From Bryobacterales bacterium (GTDB lineage: Bacteria; Acidobacteriota; Terriglobia; Bryobacterales; UBA6623): a stretch of DNA of 64,000 bases. Both the position numbers and the translations under genes were made by a program. Positions 20,929 through 32,488 of the stretch are shown here, piece after piece. Below the pieces are notes generated by a model, which was not told the DNA's origin, did not search any database, and saw nothing but the letters and a program-made list of their open reading frames with translations. The number at the start of each line of letters is the position of its first letter. Within the stretch, counting starts at the first letter, position 1. The stretch spans positions 256,001 to 320,000 of the forward strand of contig OY729427.2 in the NCBI GenBank assembly GCA_963422375.2. The letters run 5' to 3'.

Positions 20929-23900
20929 ATGCTTGGACTCAGACTCTCCGCGGTCGCCGCGCTGACGCTTGTCGGCGCCACGCTCTGCTTCGCGCAGACC
21001 AATGCGACCCTCACCGGCACAGTAACCGACTCGTCCGGCGCGGTAATCCCCGCCGCCGAGATCGCGATCATGAACACCGAGACCGGTGAGTCGTACGCCA
21101 CCACCACCAACGAGACCGGCAACTACACGATCCCGTTCATCAAGCCCGGCACGTTCGAGCTGATCGTGACCACGCCCGGCTTCAAGCAGTACGCCCGCGC
21201 CGGCATACGGCTCGACACCGCATCCAGCGCCAGGGCGGACGCGGTCCTGGAAGTCGGCGAGGTGACCGAGTCGGTCACGGTCGAGGCGGACGTCCCTCTT
21301 CTCAAGACCGAGAACTCCTCCGTCGGAGGAGTTATCCAGAACAGGTCGATCGCGAACATGCCCCTGCTGGGACGCCGCGCGGCGCAGCTGGTGCGTCTGA
21401 GCGGATTCGTCGTGCAGCGCGGCAACGGATCGCAGTTCCAGATCGCGGGCGGGCGAAGCAATAACGCGATGTGGACTCTCGACGGCGGATCGACTCAGAA
21501 CATCCTGCTGGGCGTCGCCTCGCTCAACTACGATCCCCCGATCGAGGCGCTCGAGGAGATGAACGTCGAGGTCTCGAACTACAAGGCGGAGATGGGGCGC
21601 TCGGGCGGCGGGTTCATCCAGATGACCACCAAGGCCGGGACCAACAGCTTCCACGGAGCTCTCTACGACTTCCTCCGGAACGACGCCATGGACTCGCGGC
21701 AGTTCTTCGCCCGCGACAAGCAGACCCTGCGCCGGAACCAGTACGGCTGGGCGCTCGGCGGCCCGATTGCCAAGGACAGGACCTTCTTTTTCGCCAGCCA
21801 GGAGTTCACGACGCAGCGGACAGCGAACCCTCGGATCGAGAACATTCCCGACCCTGCCGAGACCCGCGGCGACTTTTCCGGGCTGGGCAAGGCCATACAG
21901 AATCCCGTGACCGGCGATTCCGTGCCCAACGCCACGATCCCGCAGGCCGACCTAGATCCCGTCGGGGCCAAGGTCGCGCAGTTCTGGCCCAAGCCGAACA
22001 TCGCCGGCAGGGCCTCGCGCAGCCGCAACTTCATCAACAACGCGCGCAACGTCAACGACAGCAGTACCCTGTCCGTCCGCGTCGACCACACCCTGAACGA
22101 ACGCCACCGGATCTACGGGCGCTACGTGCATTCGATCGGCCAGTCGGAACTGTTCAAGAACTTCTGGCCGCAACCGGTTCATACCAGCCAGCGCATCAAC
22201 GACTTCCACTACTTCAACTGGTCGGTCACCGAAATCTCGAACGTCACCAACAAGCTCGTCACCGAGAACCGCTTCACGTGGAACAAGCGCAAGTGGCACC
22301 CCAAGATCGCCGCCAAGGGCCTCGGCCTCTCGCAGGAGATTGGCTTCACGGGCAACAACCCCGAGTTCTTCCCCGGCTTCGGCTTGGCGGGCGGGATCCA
22401 GCGCATCGGCCGCGGCGGGGGCCAAGAACGCCGCCAGTTCCCCATCCGCGACAACCACATCGTGTCCAACTGGACCTATGTCAGCGGCCAGCACACGCTG
22501 AAGTGGGGCGGCGAGTTCCGCTGGTCCATCAACGACGACGTCTTCCTCACCAGCGCCGGCGGCTCGATGAACTTCAACCAGAACGCCACCGGGGACTCGG
22601 TCGCCGCCCTGCTGTACGGCTGGGTCGCGGGCGGAAGCCGCACCGAAACCTTCCTGATTCGCAGCCGGGCCAACTCGATGGGCATGTACCTGCAGGACGA
22701 CTGGAAGGTCACGCCGAACCTCTCCTTCAACCTCGGCCTGCGCTGGGACTTCGACACGCCCCGGTTCGAAGCCATCGACAACCGCCAGAACTCGTTCGAC
22801 ATGAGCGGCCACAACCCAGTTTGCGACTGTCCCGGCCTGATCACGTGGTCAGGGCGCGACGCCCGCGGCGGCAGCAAGTACGCCCATAACTTCGTCTACG
22901 GCAACATCGGCCCGCGCGTCGGCCTTTCCTACCGTGCCTCGGACAACTGGGTCATCCGCGCCGGCGCGTCCATCGTCTATATCGGGCAGTACGACCAAGC
23001 GACGCCCATCGTGACCAACGCAGGCTTCTCGATTCAAGGCTCGTTCGGCACTCTTCGCCCGACCGACGCCGCCTTCCTGCTACGCGACGGCCTCCCCCCG
23101 ATCAACGAGCCGACCGAGGCTGACCTAGTGCCGGGCTTCGGCTCGGTGCCGATCGGCAGCAACCCGAACTTCGCGCCGCAGTTCTTCCAGCCCGAGGACA
23201 GGCCGAATCCGTACCTGCTCACCTACAATTTCAATATCCAGCGTCGGCTTCCCGGAGACATGCTCTTCGAGGTGGGCTACCTGTCCACCATCGGAAAGAA
23301 GCTCACGATTCCCGGGTCGGCCACCCAGAACCAAGTCCACCCGTCACAGATCGGACTGGTTGACAGCAAGGGAATCGCACCCCAGGTCCTGCGCCCGTTC
23401 CCGCAGTTCTCGAATGTCGTCATGATGTCGCCGACGTTCGGCGATTCTGAGTACCACGGCGTGAATTTCAAGATCGAGAAGCGTTACTCGAACGGCCTCC
23501 AGTTCCAAACCAACTACACCTGGGCGAAGGCGATGGACAACGTCGAAGGCCGCAACGAACTCGGCGGCGAGGACGGCAGAATTCCCTTCGCCGACCAATA
23601 CAATCGGCGCATCGCGTGGTCTCTGGGGGGCAGCCACGTCGCGCATCGCGCGATCGTCAGCCTCGTTTACGACATCCCGGTCGGCCAGGGGCGTGCCAGG
23701 GCGCTCAGCAACGCGGTCTTGAACCAGATTCTCGGCGGCTGGTCGATCGGCACCATCATCGAGGCCCGCACCGGTCCGCCGTTCTCGAGCTACTGGGGCA
23801 ATGCGAGCCAAGTCTATCCAACCGCCGCCCGCGTGCGGGCCGACGCGGTGGGAGACTACCAGCGGAACAGTGCTTGGCGTGACAACGTCAGGGGCGAGAA

Positions 23901-24198
23901 GTTCTTCAACACCTCGGCCTTCGTGAAGCCCGCTCGGTTCACTTTCGGAAACGTGGGCCGGAATGCATTCATCGGTCCGGGAGCGCTGCGCACCGACATG
24001 TCGCTGATCAAGAACTTCACTATGCCATGGGAAGGTCATAGCCTGCAGTTCCGGGGAGAGGTCATCAACCTCCCCAATCGCGCCAACTTCGGCCTCCCGG
24101 TGGGCAATGTCCAGAACAAGGCCTTCGGCAATATCACCGGTCTGACAGTCGGCGCTTCCGGGCGGATCTTCCAGATCGGCCTGCGATACGGCTTCTAG
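20929..24198 (+). CDS. TonB-dependent receptor (Oar-like, acidobacterial type)
   Basis: Signal peptide, GTVTDSSGAVIP, TKAGTNSFHG..YDFLRND, GGPI.KDRTFFF, QDDWKV, C-terminal GLRYGF. Confidence 0.93.
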   Translation: MLGLRLSAVAALTLVGATLCFAQTNATLTGTVTDSSGAVIPAAEIAIMNTETGESYATTTNETGNYTIPFIKPGTFELIVTTPGFKQYARAGIRLDTASSARADAVLEVGEVTESVTVEADVPLLKTENSSVGGVIQNRSIANMPLLGRRAAQLVRLSGFVVQRGNGSQFQIAGGRSNNAMWTLDGGSTQNILLGVASLNYDPPIEALEEMNVEVSNYKAEMGRSGGGFIQMTTKAGTNSFHGALYDFLRNDAMDSRQFFARDKQTLRRNQYGWALGGPIAKDRTFFFASQEFTTQRTANPRIENIPDPAETRGDFSGLGKAIQNPVTGDSVPNATIPQADLDPVGAKVAQFWPKPNIAGRASRSRNFINNARNVNDSSTLSVRVDHTLNERHRIYGRYVHSIGQSELFKNFWPQPVHTSQRINDFHYFNWSVTEISNVTNKLVTENRFTWNKRKWHPKIAAKGLGLSQEIGFTGNNPEFFPGFGLAGGIQRIGRGGGQERRQFPIRDNHIVSNWTYVSGQHTLKWGGEFRWSINDDVFLTSAGGSMNFNQNATGDSVAALLYGWVAGGSRTETFLIRSRANSMGMYLQDDWKVTPNLSFNLGLRWDFDTPRFEAIDNRQNSFDMSGHNPVCDCPGLITWSGRDARGGSKYAHNFVYGNIGPRVGLSYRASDNWVIRAGASIVYIGQYDQATPIVTNAGFSIQGSFGTLRPTDAAFLLRDGLPPINEPTEADLVPGFGSVPIGSNPNFAPQFFQPEDRPNPYLLTYNFNIQRRLPGDMLFEVGYLSTIGKKLTIPGSATQNQVHPSQIGLVDSKGIAPQVLRPFPQFSNVVMMSPTFGDSEYHGVNFKIEKRYSNGLQFQTNYTWAKAMDNVEGRNELGGEDGRIPFADQYNRRIAWSLGGSHVAHRAIVSLVYDIPVGQGRARALSNAVLNQILGGWSIGTIIEARTGPPFSSYWGNASQVYPTAARVRADAVGDYQRNSAWRDNVRGEKFFNTSAFVKPARFTFGNVGRNAFIGPGALRTDMSLIKNFTMPWEGHSLQFRGEVINLPNRANFGLPVGNVQNKAFGNITGLTVGASGRIFQIGLRYGF

Positions 24199-24221
24199 CC
24201 CGGCCCGTAAGGCCTCAACCT

Positions 24222-24245
24222 GCGGGGCGGCCCTAGCCGCCCCGC
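24222..24245 (+). terminator. GC-rich stem-loop after TBDR
   Basis: GCGGGGCGGC-CCTA-GCCGCCCCGC perfect 10-bp stem; no U-tract. Confidence 0.4.
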
Positions 24246-24301
24246 CTTGGATCGCGCAGGAACCAGTCGCGGCTCCGCAGCGGCTGTTCCACAATAGAGC
24301 G

Positions 24302-25282
24302 ATGTATCGCTTGCTAGGTCTCATTACACTGGCCTGCCTGCCAGTCGCTCTAGCGTCCGATGACGTGTCCGTCCGGCGCGACGGCAACCGCATCCACGTC
24401 GAGATAGGCGGCCAGCCCTTCACCGCCTTCTATTTCGGTCCCGAAGCGACGAAGCCCTACCTGCATCCGCTTCGCGCACGGGACGGCACCGTCGTAACCC
24501 GCGGCTATCCGATGGAGCGCGTCGAGGGGGAGCAGACAGACCATCCGCACCACCGCGGCGTATGGTTCAGCCACGGAGACGTCAACGGAGTCGACTTCTG
24601 GGCCAACGAGGTCCGTCAGCGGTCAAGGGGCAGCAAGGGCACCATCGAGCTCGCCGCGATTGACGCAGTCGAATCGGGAGGTTCGGAAGGCCTCGTCAGG
24701 GCCACCTTCGGATGGCGCGGCCCGAATCGCCAGCTCCTAGTCACCGAGCGGCGGGCGATGCGCTTCCGGCGGTCGAGCGACGACAATATCGTCGACTTCG
24801 ACCTCGAACTGACGGCGGAAGCGGATTCGGTTCATTTCGGGGACACGAAGGAGGGCACCTTCGCCGTCCGCATCGCAACCGAACTGGAGGAACCGCACTT
24901 CCGAGCCAAGGGCATCGCCCGCACCGGCACGATCAAGAACGCCAGCGGGCTGGCTACGGAAGCCAGGACCTGGGGCAAGCGGTCCCCGTGGGTGGACTAC
25001 TCGGGGAGCCTGCAAGGCAAGCCGATGGGCATCGCGATCTTCGACCACCCCGACAATCCCAAGCACCCTACCTACTGGCACGTGCGAGGCTACGGGCTAT
25101 TCGCCGCCAACGTCTTCGGCGAGCACGACTTCCACGCCGACGAGAGCAAGGACGGCGGCATCACGCTCGCGAAGGGCGAAACGCTGCGATTCCGGTACCG
25201 CGTCCTCGTCCACCCCGGGAGAACCGCCGACGCCGGCTTGCCCCGCAAGCATGCCGAATGGGCGGCCGCGGGCTCGAGGTGA
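24302..25282 (+). CDS. Secreted DUF6807 (so-called PmoA family) protein, function unknown
   Basis: KPYLHPL, VTRGYP, DHPHHRGVWFSHGDVNGVDFW, FDHPDNP..PTYWHVRGYGLF; signal peptide. Confidence 0.75.
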   Translation: MYRLLGLITLACLPVALASDDVSVRRDGNRIHVEIGGQPFTAFYFGPEATKPYLHPLRARDGTVVTRGYPMERVEGEQTDHPHHRGVWFSHGDVNGVDFWANEVRQRSRGSKGTIELAAIDAVESGGSEGLVRATFGWRGPNRQLLVTERRAMRFRRSSDDNIVDFDLELTAEADSVHFGDTKEGTFAVRIATELEEPHFRAKGIARTGTIKNASGLATEARTWGKRSPWVDYSGSLQGKPMGIAIFDHPDNPKHPTYWHVRGYGLFAANVFGEHDFHADESKDGGITLAKGETLRFRYRVLVHPGRTADAGLPRKHAEWAAAGSR

Positions 25283-25313
25283 CCGCCCGCAGGGGGTTCG
25301 CCTGAGACGGAAC

Positions 25314-25703
25314 ATGCGCTACTCGCGGAAGCGCTTCGAGGCTTGGGTGGCCGAGGCCTGGCGTAGCATCCCGGAGCGATTCCGGCAGGAGTTCTCGAAT
25401 CTGGTCATCCTAGTCGAGGACGAGCCGACTCTCGAGCAGCTCGACGAAGCCGGCGTCCCCCCGGGCGACACGCTGCTCGGCCTGTACGAGGGGGTGCCCT
25501 TGGACGAGCGCGGGTGGCACTACCAAATGGCCCTGCCGGACCGAATCACCCTCTTCCAAGGCCCGTTGGAGAGGTCGGGCGGTGATGTCCGGCAGGAGAT
25601 CTACGAGACGCTTTGGCATGAAATCGCCCACCACATTGGCATGGACGAAGACGAGGTCCGCGCGGCCGAGCGAAGGAAGTTCGGCTTCCGAGCCGAACGC
25701 TAG
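25314..25703 (+). CDS. Zincin-like metallopeptidase (minimal metalloprotease family)
   Basis: LLGLYEGVPL, PDRITLFQGPL, HEIAHHIG. Confidence 0.88.
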   Translation: MRYSRKRFEAWVAEAWRSIPERFRQEFSNLVILVEDEPTLEQLDEAGVPPGDTLLGLYEGVPLDERGWHYQMALPDRITLFQGPLERSGGDVRQEIYETLWHEIAHHIGMDEDEVRAAERRKFGFRAER

Positions 25704-25811
25704 GGCGCCGGACGACCGCGCGGCCCCGCCGCCTCCGCAGTTCCGCGATGCCCCGCTTCAAGCGGCCTGGGGCTTGTACAATGGCGGCCAGCTACGGAGC
25801 TCCCCCAGCCG

Positions 25812-27014
<1,203 letters not shown>

Positions 27015-28041
27015 AATACGCGTGACCTGGCGCAATCCGTGAGCGTTCTCGCGCGGGCTACCTGTGATTCCGCCTGGCAAGGCTCGCGGCGGCCGTTGAT
27101 CCAGGCGAAGGTGCCCGTTCGAGGTGAGCGGTCGAAGTGACCTGTCCGAGTGCAGCTTCCAGCCCCTCCCACTCCTGCGAGCAGGCCTCCCAGTCGACCG
27201 CTCGGGACGGGTAGGTGAAGCTTGTCGCCGGTTTCGAGTCAGGCTGCACCAGACTGTGCTCCACGAATCATGGCCAGCCTGCTTTGACTGCACCGTCGCA
27301 CGCCCGGCCAAGCGCTCCCCGGTCGGTCCGTGGGAATCACCTCGCGCGGCCCATCGCAGCCCGGAGCTCGCTGACGACTGGCCATCGGCTACCCCGGTGA
27401 ATCTTGCCGCAGGGGACATGTACGTCCGCCGGTCCGCCGCGCAGACTCGGTTGCTATGACACGAGCGTGCTGAGTCACTCCGGCCCGCCGCAGTCAAGGC
27501 GGCGATCAAGGCCGGTTCCGTTGGTCCGGATTTCGCGCCGTGGTTCGCGACCTAGCGCTCGGTGCAGCTGCAATCAGGTCGACTACTGCTCGTGGGAAGC
27601 CGTCCGACTCCGCAAGATCGTATCCATAGTATCGGCAGTATCGGCAGACCTTGTCACCGCGAGCGAATAACAAGTACGTGCGATTGCCGTCGAATCCGAA
27701 GTCGAAGTCCAGAGACCGAAGCTTCCGCGGAAAGTTGATTTCTCCGTCATCCGCCCATGCGATCAAGGGAATGGGGCTCAAATCCCATCTAGTGGTCTTG
27801 GCCAACGTCTCCGCGACTTCAAAGGCTTCGGCAGAAGGCCAATCGCCAGGAGGCCAACTCTCTCCGTCGGTGCGTTCCGAAGCCTCTCCAACCGCGGAAG
27901 CAGTCGCTGAGACTTCTTGGCCCGCTCATGCCAAGGGATTCCTATCCGACGCTCGAACTTCTGTTTCAGCCCCATCCAAGTCTACGCAATGCCGGCACCA
28001 GGCGCGACGGTCGCGTCAGGCCCATGACCCGGCCGCAGCCC

Positions 28042-29730
28042 TCACTGCGTCGGCAGCCCCTCGATCACCGTGATCTCGCGATTCACTTCGAGATTCGCGA
28101 GCGTGTCGACCCCGCCGCCGGGCCATCGCGCCACCACCGACTTGACGACCTCGTCGGCCCCGAGCCCGAAGGTCGCGACCGTCTCGCTCTGCGAGCAGTA
28201 GCTCGAGCCGCCGCGGACCACATGGACTTGGCGGCCCGACGCGCTGACCACCGTCAGTTCGGTGCCGAGTCCGTCTCGATTCGACCGCCGGCCCTGCAGC
28301 CGCACCCGCAAGTAGTTATTGGCATTCGCCCCGTCGTTGCGCATCAGCTTGGCGGGCCCGTTGTTGGTCGTGACCAGCATGTCGAGATCCCCGTCCCCGT
28401 CGTAGTCCGCGTAGGCCGCGCCGCGAGCCACCAACGGCTCGCCCAAGTCCGGGCCCGCTTCGGACGTCACGAGATCGAACCCGCCTCTCCCGTCGTTGCG
28501 GAACAGGTGCGGCTCCTGGGCGAACCTCACCGACGGCTGCACGATCTCGATCTCCTCGTCAAGGTGGCCGTTCGCGCAGAAGATGTCGGGATGGCCGTCC
28601 AGGTCGTAGTCGAAGAAGAACGCCCCGAACGTCAGGGTCAGAAAGCTGTCCCTGCCGATCTCGCTGGTGGGGGCCTCGTCGACGAACAGCCCGTTCCCCT
28701 CGTTGTGGAACAGGTTCAGCATCTCGTTGGCGAAGTTCCCGACAAGCAGGTGGAAGCGCCCGCTGCGGTCGTAGTCGGACGCATCCACGCCCATGGCGCC
28801 GCGCGCCTTGCCGTCCTCCGCGTACGCGATGCCGGCTGAGACCCCGCGCTCGCTGAACGTTCCGTCGCCTTCGTTCCGATAGAGCTTGTTGGGCTGGGTG
28901 TCGTTCGCCTGGAAGATGTCCGGCAGTCCGTCCGAGTCGTAGTCGAAGACAGCAATGCCCAGCGCCTTCGCGGTGGGGTCGGCGAGACCGGCCGCCTCGC
29001 CGATGTCCTCGAACGTCCCGTCTCCGCGATTCCGGTACAGGGCGGACGGCTGGCCCGGATAGGATTCCGGCGTGCAATACGTCTTCTTGGATCCGTCCAT
29101 CGAGCACCACAGGTCCTTCTCGATGGACCACTGGACGTAGTTCGCCACGAACAGGTCGAGATGCCCGTCCAAGTCGTAGTCGAGCCACGCGGCGCTCGTG
29201 CCAAACCGTGCATTGTCGATGCCCGCCGCCTCGGTGACGTCCTCGAAGGCGCCGTCGCCGCGATTCCGGAACAGCCGGTCCCCGTCCAGAACGGTCACGT
29301 AGAGATCGGCGTCGCCGTCGTTGTCGTAGTCGGCGGTCGCGGCCCCCAGCCCGTACATCGGCACGGCGAGACCCGCCGCCTGCGTCACATCCTCGAACCG
29401 GCCCTCTCCCGCATTGCGGTAGAGCTTAGACGTCACGCCCTCTCCCGGTGTCCACGGGCGGGAATTCACAAGGAAGATATCGGGACGCCCGTCGTTGTCG
29501 TAATCGAAGAACGCGCAGCCGGACCCGAGCGTCTCCGGGAGGTACTTGCGCCCCGAGCGCCCGTTGTGATGCTCGAAGTCGATGCCGGCCTCCGACGTCA
29601 CGTCGGTGAACGCAACCGGCACGCGCGACGGCCCGACGGAAGCCGGTTCCGGAGGCGCGCCGGACGGCCCGCAGGCCGACCCGACAAGCAAGGCCAGCGC
29701 GGCAGTGGACTTACAAGGGCGCGGAAACAT
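28042..29730 (-). CDS. CRTAC1-like FG-GAP repeat + ASPIC/UnbV lipoprotein
   Basis: Lipobox-like LLVGSAC, repeated DYDNDG/DYDLDG loops, LYRN.GDG.F.D, C-terminal GGSSYCSQ...FGLG. Confidence 0.9.
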   Translation of the reverse strand: MFPRPCKSTAALALLVGSACGPSGAPPEPASVGPSRVPVAFTDVTSEAGIDFEHHNGRSGRKYLPETLGSGCAFFDYDNDGRPDIFLVNSRPWTPGEGVTSKLYRNAGEGRFEDVTQAAGLAVPMYGLGAATADYDNDGDADLYVTVLDGDRLFRNRGDGAFEDVTEAAGIDNARFGTSAAWLDYDLDGHLDLFVANYVQWSIEKDLWCSMDGSKKTYCTPESYPGQPSALYRNRGDGTFEDIGEAAGLADPTAKALGIAVFDYDSDGLPDIFQANDTQPNKLYRNEGDGTFSERGVSAGIAYAEDGKARGAMGVDASDYDRSGRFHLLVGNFANEMLNLFHNEGNGLFVDEAPTSEIGRDSFLTLTFGAFFFDYDLDGHPDIFCANGHLDEEIEIVQPSVRFAQEPHLFRNDGRGGFDLVTSEAGPDLGEPLVARGAAYADYDGDGDLDMLVTTNNGPAKLMRNDGANANNYLRVRLQGRRSNRDGLGTELTVVSASGRQVHVVRGGSSYCSQSETVATFGLGADEVVKSVVARWPGGGVDTLANLEVNREITVIEGLPTQ

Positions 29731-32488
29731 GCTCGTGGATGGCCTGGCGTTCGTTATTGTCCTCCGGGCTGGACATTCGCAGCGAGGCCGTCCGCGTCTG
29801 CGAAGATTCGTCCGCTTTATAGCGCATGAACAGCGCCTCTTCGCGCTCGGCCGCCTCCAGGTCCCCGAGCCCCCGATAGCAGCGCATTCGCGTGTAGTGC
29901 ATCTGCAGGTCTTCCGGATCGATGCGCGCGACCCGGTCGAGCACTTCGACCGCTCGGGCGTACTCCCTCTGCAGGAACAGAATGCTCGCGATCTCGTTGA
30001 GCACCACCCGGTCGCGCGGGTACCGCTCCGCCGCGCGCCGCAAGTCCTCGAGCGCGCCCGGATAGTCGCCCGCGGCGCGGCGCGCCAGCGCCCTGAAGTA
30101 GAGCGCCCGCGGCAGGCCCGGGGACAGGTCGAGAGCTCTTACGAGATACGGCCCGGCCTCGGCCGTGCGCCCCTCTTCCACCATCGCGCGGGCGACGTTG
30201 AGCCAGCCGTCCGGGTGACCGGGGTCGGCCTCCGTGGCGCGCAGGAACGCGTGTTCCGCGCCCCGCAGGTCGCCCTGCAGCAGCAGGCCGATGCCGTAGT
30301 CGTTCCATCGCTCCCAGTCGGCCGCTTGCACGGCAGGCGCCCACGCGGCCGTGCGCTCACCGACTTGCAGGAGCGCCTCGGCCGCCGCGATCTCGGTGAT
30401 GGGCAGCACGGGGATCCGGTCGTTGATCAGTCCGGGAACGTTGCCCGGTATGTCCGCCGGATCGTAGGTGAACTCCCTGTCGTCGAACCCCTCGCCGAAA
30501 TCCCCGGAACCGGCCTTGCCGGCATACGCGAATGCGGTGTAGGAGTGCGAGAACTTGCGGTGCTTGAGGCTGGCCCGCAACGTCAGCGGACCATCGGCCC
30601 CTTCCGGTATGCGGACGCGGTAGTGAACGGTGTCGGCAGCCCCGGGCGGGATCAGGCGCGCGTAGACCAGGCCCCGCATGTTGAAGGCATTCCGCTTGTC
30701 GATGGGATTGCCGTGCGCGTCGACCTGCAGCGCCCGGTAGAAGTGCGCGCCGGGATCCACCGGCCCGGCCCCGTCGTCGGCGACCCGACCGCTCCAGAAC
30801 AGCGCCTTCCCGGAGGCGTCGAGCACGACGAATTCCACCCACACGTCGAAAGCGTCCACGGTGCCACTGGGGAAAAAGTGCCCGACCTTGCGTGTCCGCA
30901 CCACCACGTCGACACGGACCGTCTCGCCCGGCTGGACGACCGGCTCGGACCCGTCGATGGGAGCGGCCAGGTTGCCCACCTGGCGCAGCAGCGAAGGGCC
31001 GCGGCGGCCCCCGCCCTCCTCGCCCACGGCGAATCCGGTCGCCGCCGACACCTGGCCCTTTCGTCGCAGCATCTGGGGCGAGGAGTCGTCCTCGACCACG
31101 GGCGCCACGGCGAAGATATCGACGGTCGCGATGCCGTCCCGCAGGAAGCGCTGGACCTCCTCGAGCTGCCGCGCGTCGCCGTTCACGTGCGGGACGGCCG
31201 TGTTGGCGGCGGCGAAGCGGTGGGACCGCACCTTGCCGTCGCGATTGCCGGGATCGTCGGAATCTACCAGAGGCATGTGACAGTCCGAGCAGTCCAGCGG
31301 CTCGTCGGGATAGTAGAAGGACCGCGCACCCTGCCCCGAGACACCGCTCGCCTGCCAGTTGTCGTAGGAATTAAACCCGCGCACCCAGCGGTAGCGGTTC
31401 ACCGGCACGTCCAGATGCACCTTGTGGCACGAGGCGCAGAACTCTGACGAGTCCTGCCGCATGAAGGGCTTCAAGAAGGCCCGCCGGTGCGCGGCGGGGG
31501 CCGTGTTCGTTACGTAGTCGTGAGCCGCGCGCAGCAGCCCGAACTCGCTCGAAGCGAGGCCGTGAAGCTTCGGGTACTCGATCACGAAACCGCCGTTGCC
31601 CATGGTGTCGGGCACATGCACGATGGAGTGGCACGACACGCAGGCGAGGCCTGCATGCGCCTCGGGCGTGTCGAGCTGGCCCGCGACCGCCTCGTCGAAC
31701 ATGCCGTTGAAGAGCATGGCGTGGTCGTGGCAGCCCGCGCACCACTTCGACGCCTGCACGCCAGCGGTCTCCTGCATGTACTCGATGGACTTGCGGTAGA
31801 ACTGGTTGTTGAACGACGAGAAGCGGTGCATGGACGAGCGCCATTGCTCGTAGACATCCTTGTGGCACTCGCCGCAGGCCGACGAGTCCAAGAAAAAGTC
31901 CGACGGAACCTTCCCCCCGCTCGCCGTCTGGGAAGCCGACGGAAAGAACGGGCCCGCGCGACCGCCTCCCTCGTAGTCCATCGAGAGGGGCGCCGAGGTG
32001 GGATTGACGATCCGCTCGGTATCGCTCGGGAACCAGCGGCCCCGCACGGACGCGTACGCGGGCAGGAGGCAGGCCAGGAGCAGGGCCGCCGCGATCCGGC
32101 GGTCCCGCCACGCGTATGCCAGCAAGGCGGCGCCGGCGAAGCCGAAAGCGGCATGCGCCGCGACCAGCGGCAGGTTTGAGCGGGTCGCGCCGACCACGCA
32201 GAGAAGCCCCCCGAGCGCGGCGCAGGCCGTGAAGGCCACCAAGGCGCGCCGGTCGGACCTCGCCTGGCGGAAGAGTTCCCGGCCCGAGAACCAGAGGCCG
32301 ACCGCCAGCGCGGCGCCCGCAGCCACGTGCAGAAGCACGTTGGCGACGTAGAACAGGTCGGCCGAAGGGAACGCCCGCAGCCAGGCGGAATTGACGAGGA
32401 GGAACAGGAACGCGCCGCCGACTAGCCGCCAGCTCCGGCGCGCAGGGGCCGGATCCGCGGGGTCGCGCGCTCCCGTCCCGGCGGTCAC
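29711..32488 (-). CDS. Membrane-anchored pentaheme cytochrome c with C-terminal TPR repeats
   Basis: About five N-terminal TM helices; CGECH, CAGCH, CVSCH, CASCH, CSDCH; TPR helices from RWNDYGIGLL onward; GTGA overlap with upstream gene. Confidence 0.88.
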   Translation of the reverse strand: MTAGTGARDPADPAPARRSWRLVGGAFLFLLVNSAWLRAFPSADLFYVANVLLHVAAGAALAVGLWFSGRELFRQARSDRRALVAFTACAALGGLLCVVGATRSNLPLVAAHAAFGFAGAALLAYAWRDRRIAAALLLACLLPAYASVRGRWFPSDTERIVNPTSAPLSMDYEGGGRAGPFFPSASQTASGGKVPSDFFLDSSACGECHKDVYEQWRSSMHRFSSFNNQFYRKSIEYMQETAGVQASKWCAGCHDHAMLFNGMFDEAVAGQLDTPEAHAGLACVSCHSIVHVPDTMGNGGFVIEYPKLHGLASSEFGLLRAAHDYVTNTAPAAHRRAFLKPFMRQDSSEFCASCHKVHLDVPVNRYRWVRGFNSYDNWQASGVSGQGARSFYYPDEPLDCSDCHMPLVDSDDPGNRDGKVRSHRFAAANTAVPHVNGDARQLEEVQRFLRDGIATVDIFAVAPVVEDDSSPQMLRRKGQVSAATGFAVGEEGGGRRGPSLLRQVGNLAAPIDGSEPVVQPGETVRVDVVVRTRKVGHFFPSGTVDAFDVWVEFVVLDASGKALFWSGRVADDGAGPVDPGAHFYRALQVDAHGNPIDKRNAFNMRGLVYARLIPPGAADTVHYRVRIPEGADGPLTLRASLKHRKFSHSYTAFAYAGKAGSGDFGEGFDDREFTYDPADIPGNVPGLINDRIPVLPITEIAAAEALLQVGERTAAWAPAVQAADWERWNDYGIGLLLQGDLRGAEHAFLRATEADPGHPDGWLNVARAMVEEGRTAEAGPYLVRALDLSPGLPRALYFRALARRAAGDYPGALEDLRRAAERYPRDRVVLNEIASILFLQREYARAVEVLDRVARIDPEDLQMHYTRMRCYRGLGDLEAAEREEALFMRYKADESSQTRTASLRMSSPEDNNERQAIHEHVSAPL

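Noticed and set aside
24302..25282. PmoA family label could suggest methane monooxygenase
   Set aside because: Soluble secreted protein with no TM bundle and no pmoB/pmoC; the family name is misleading
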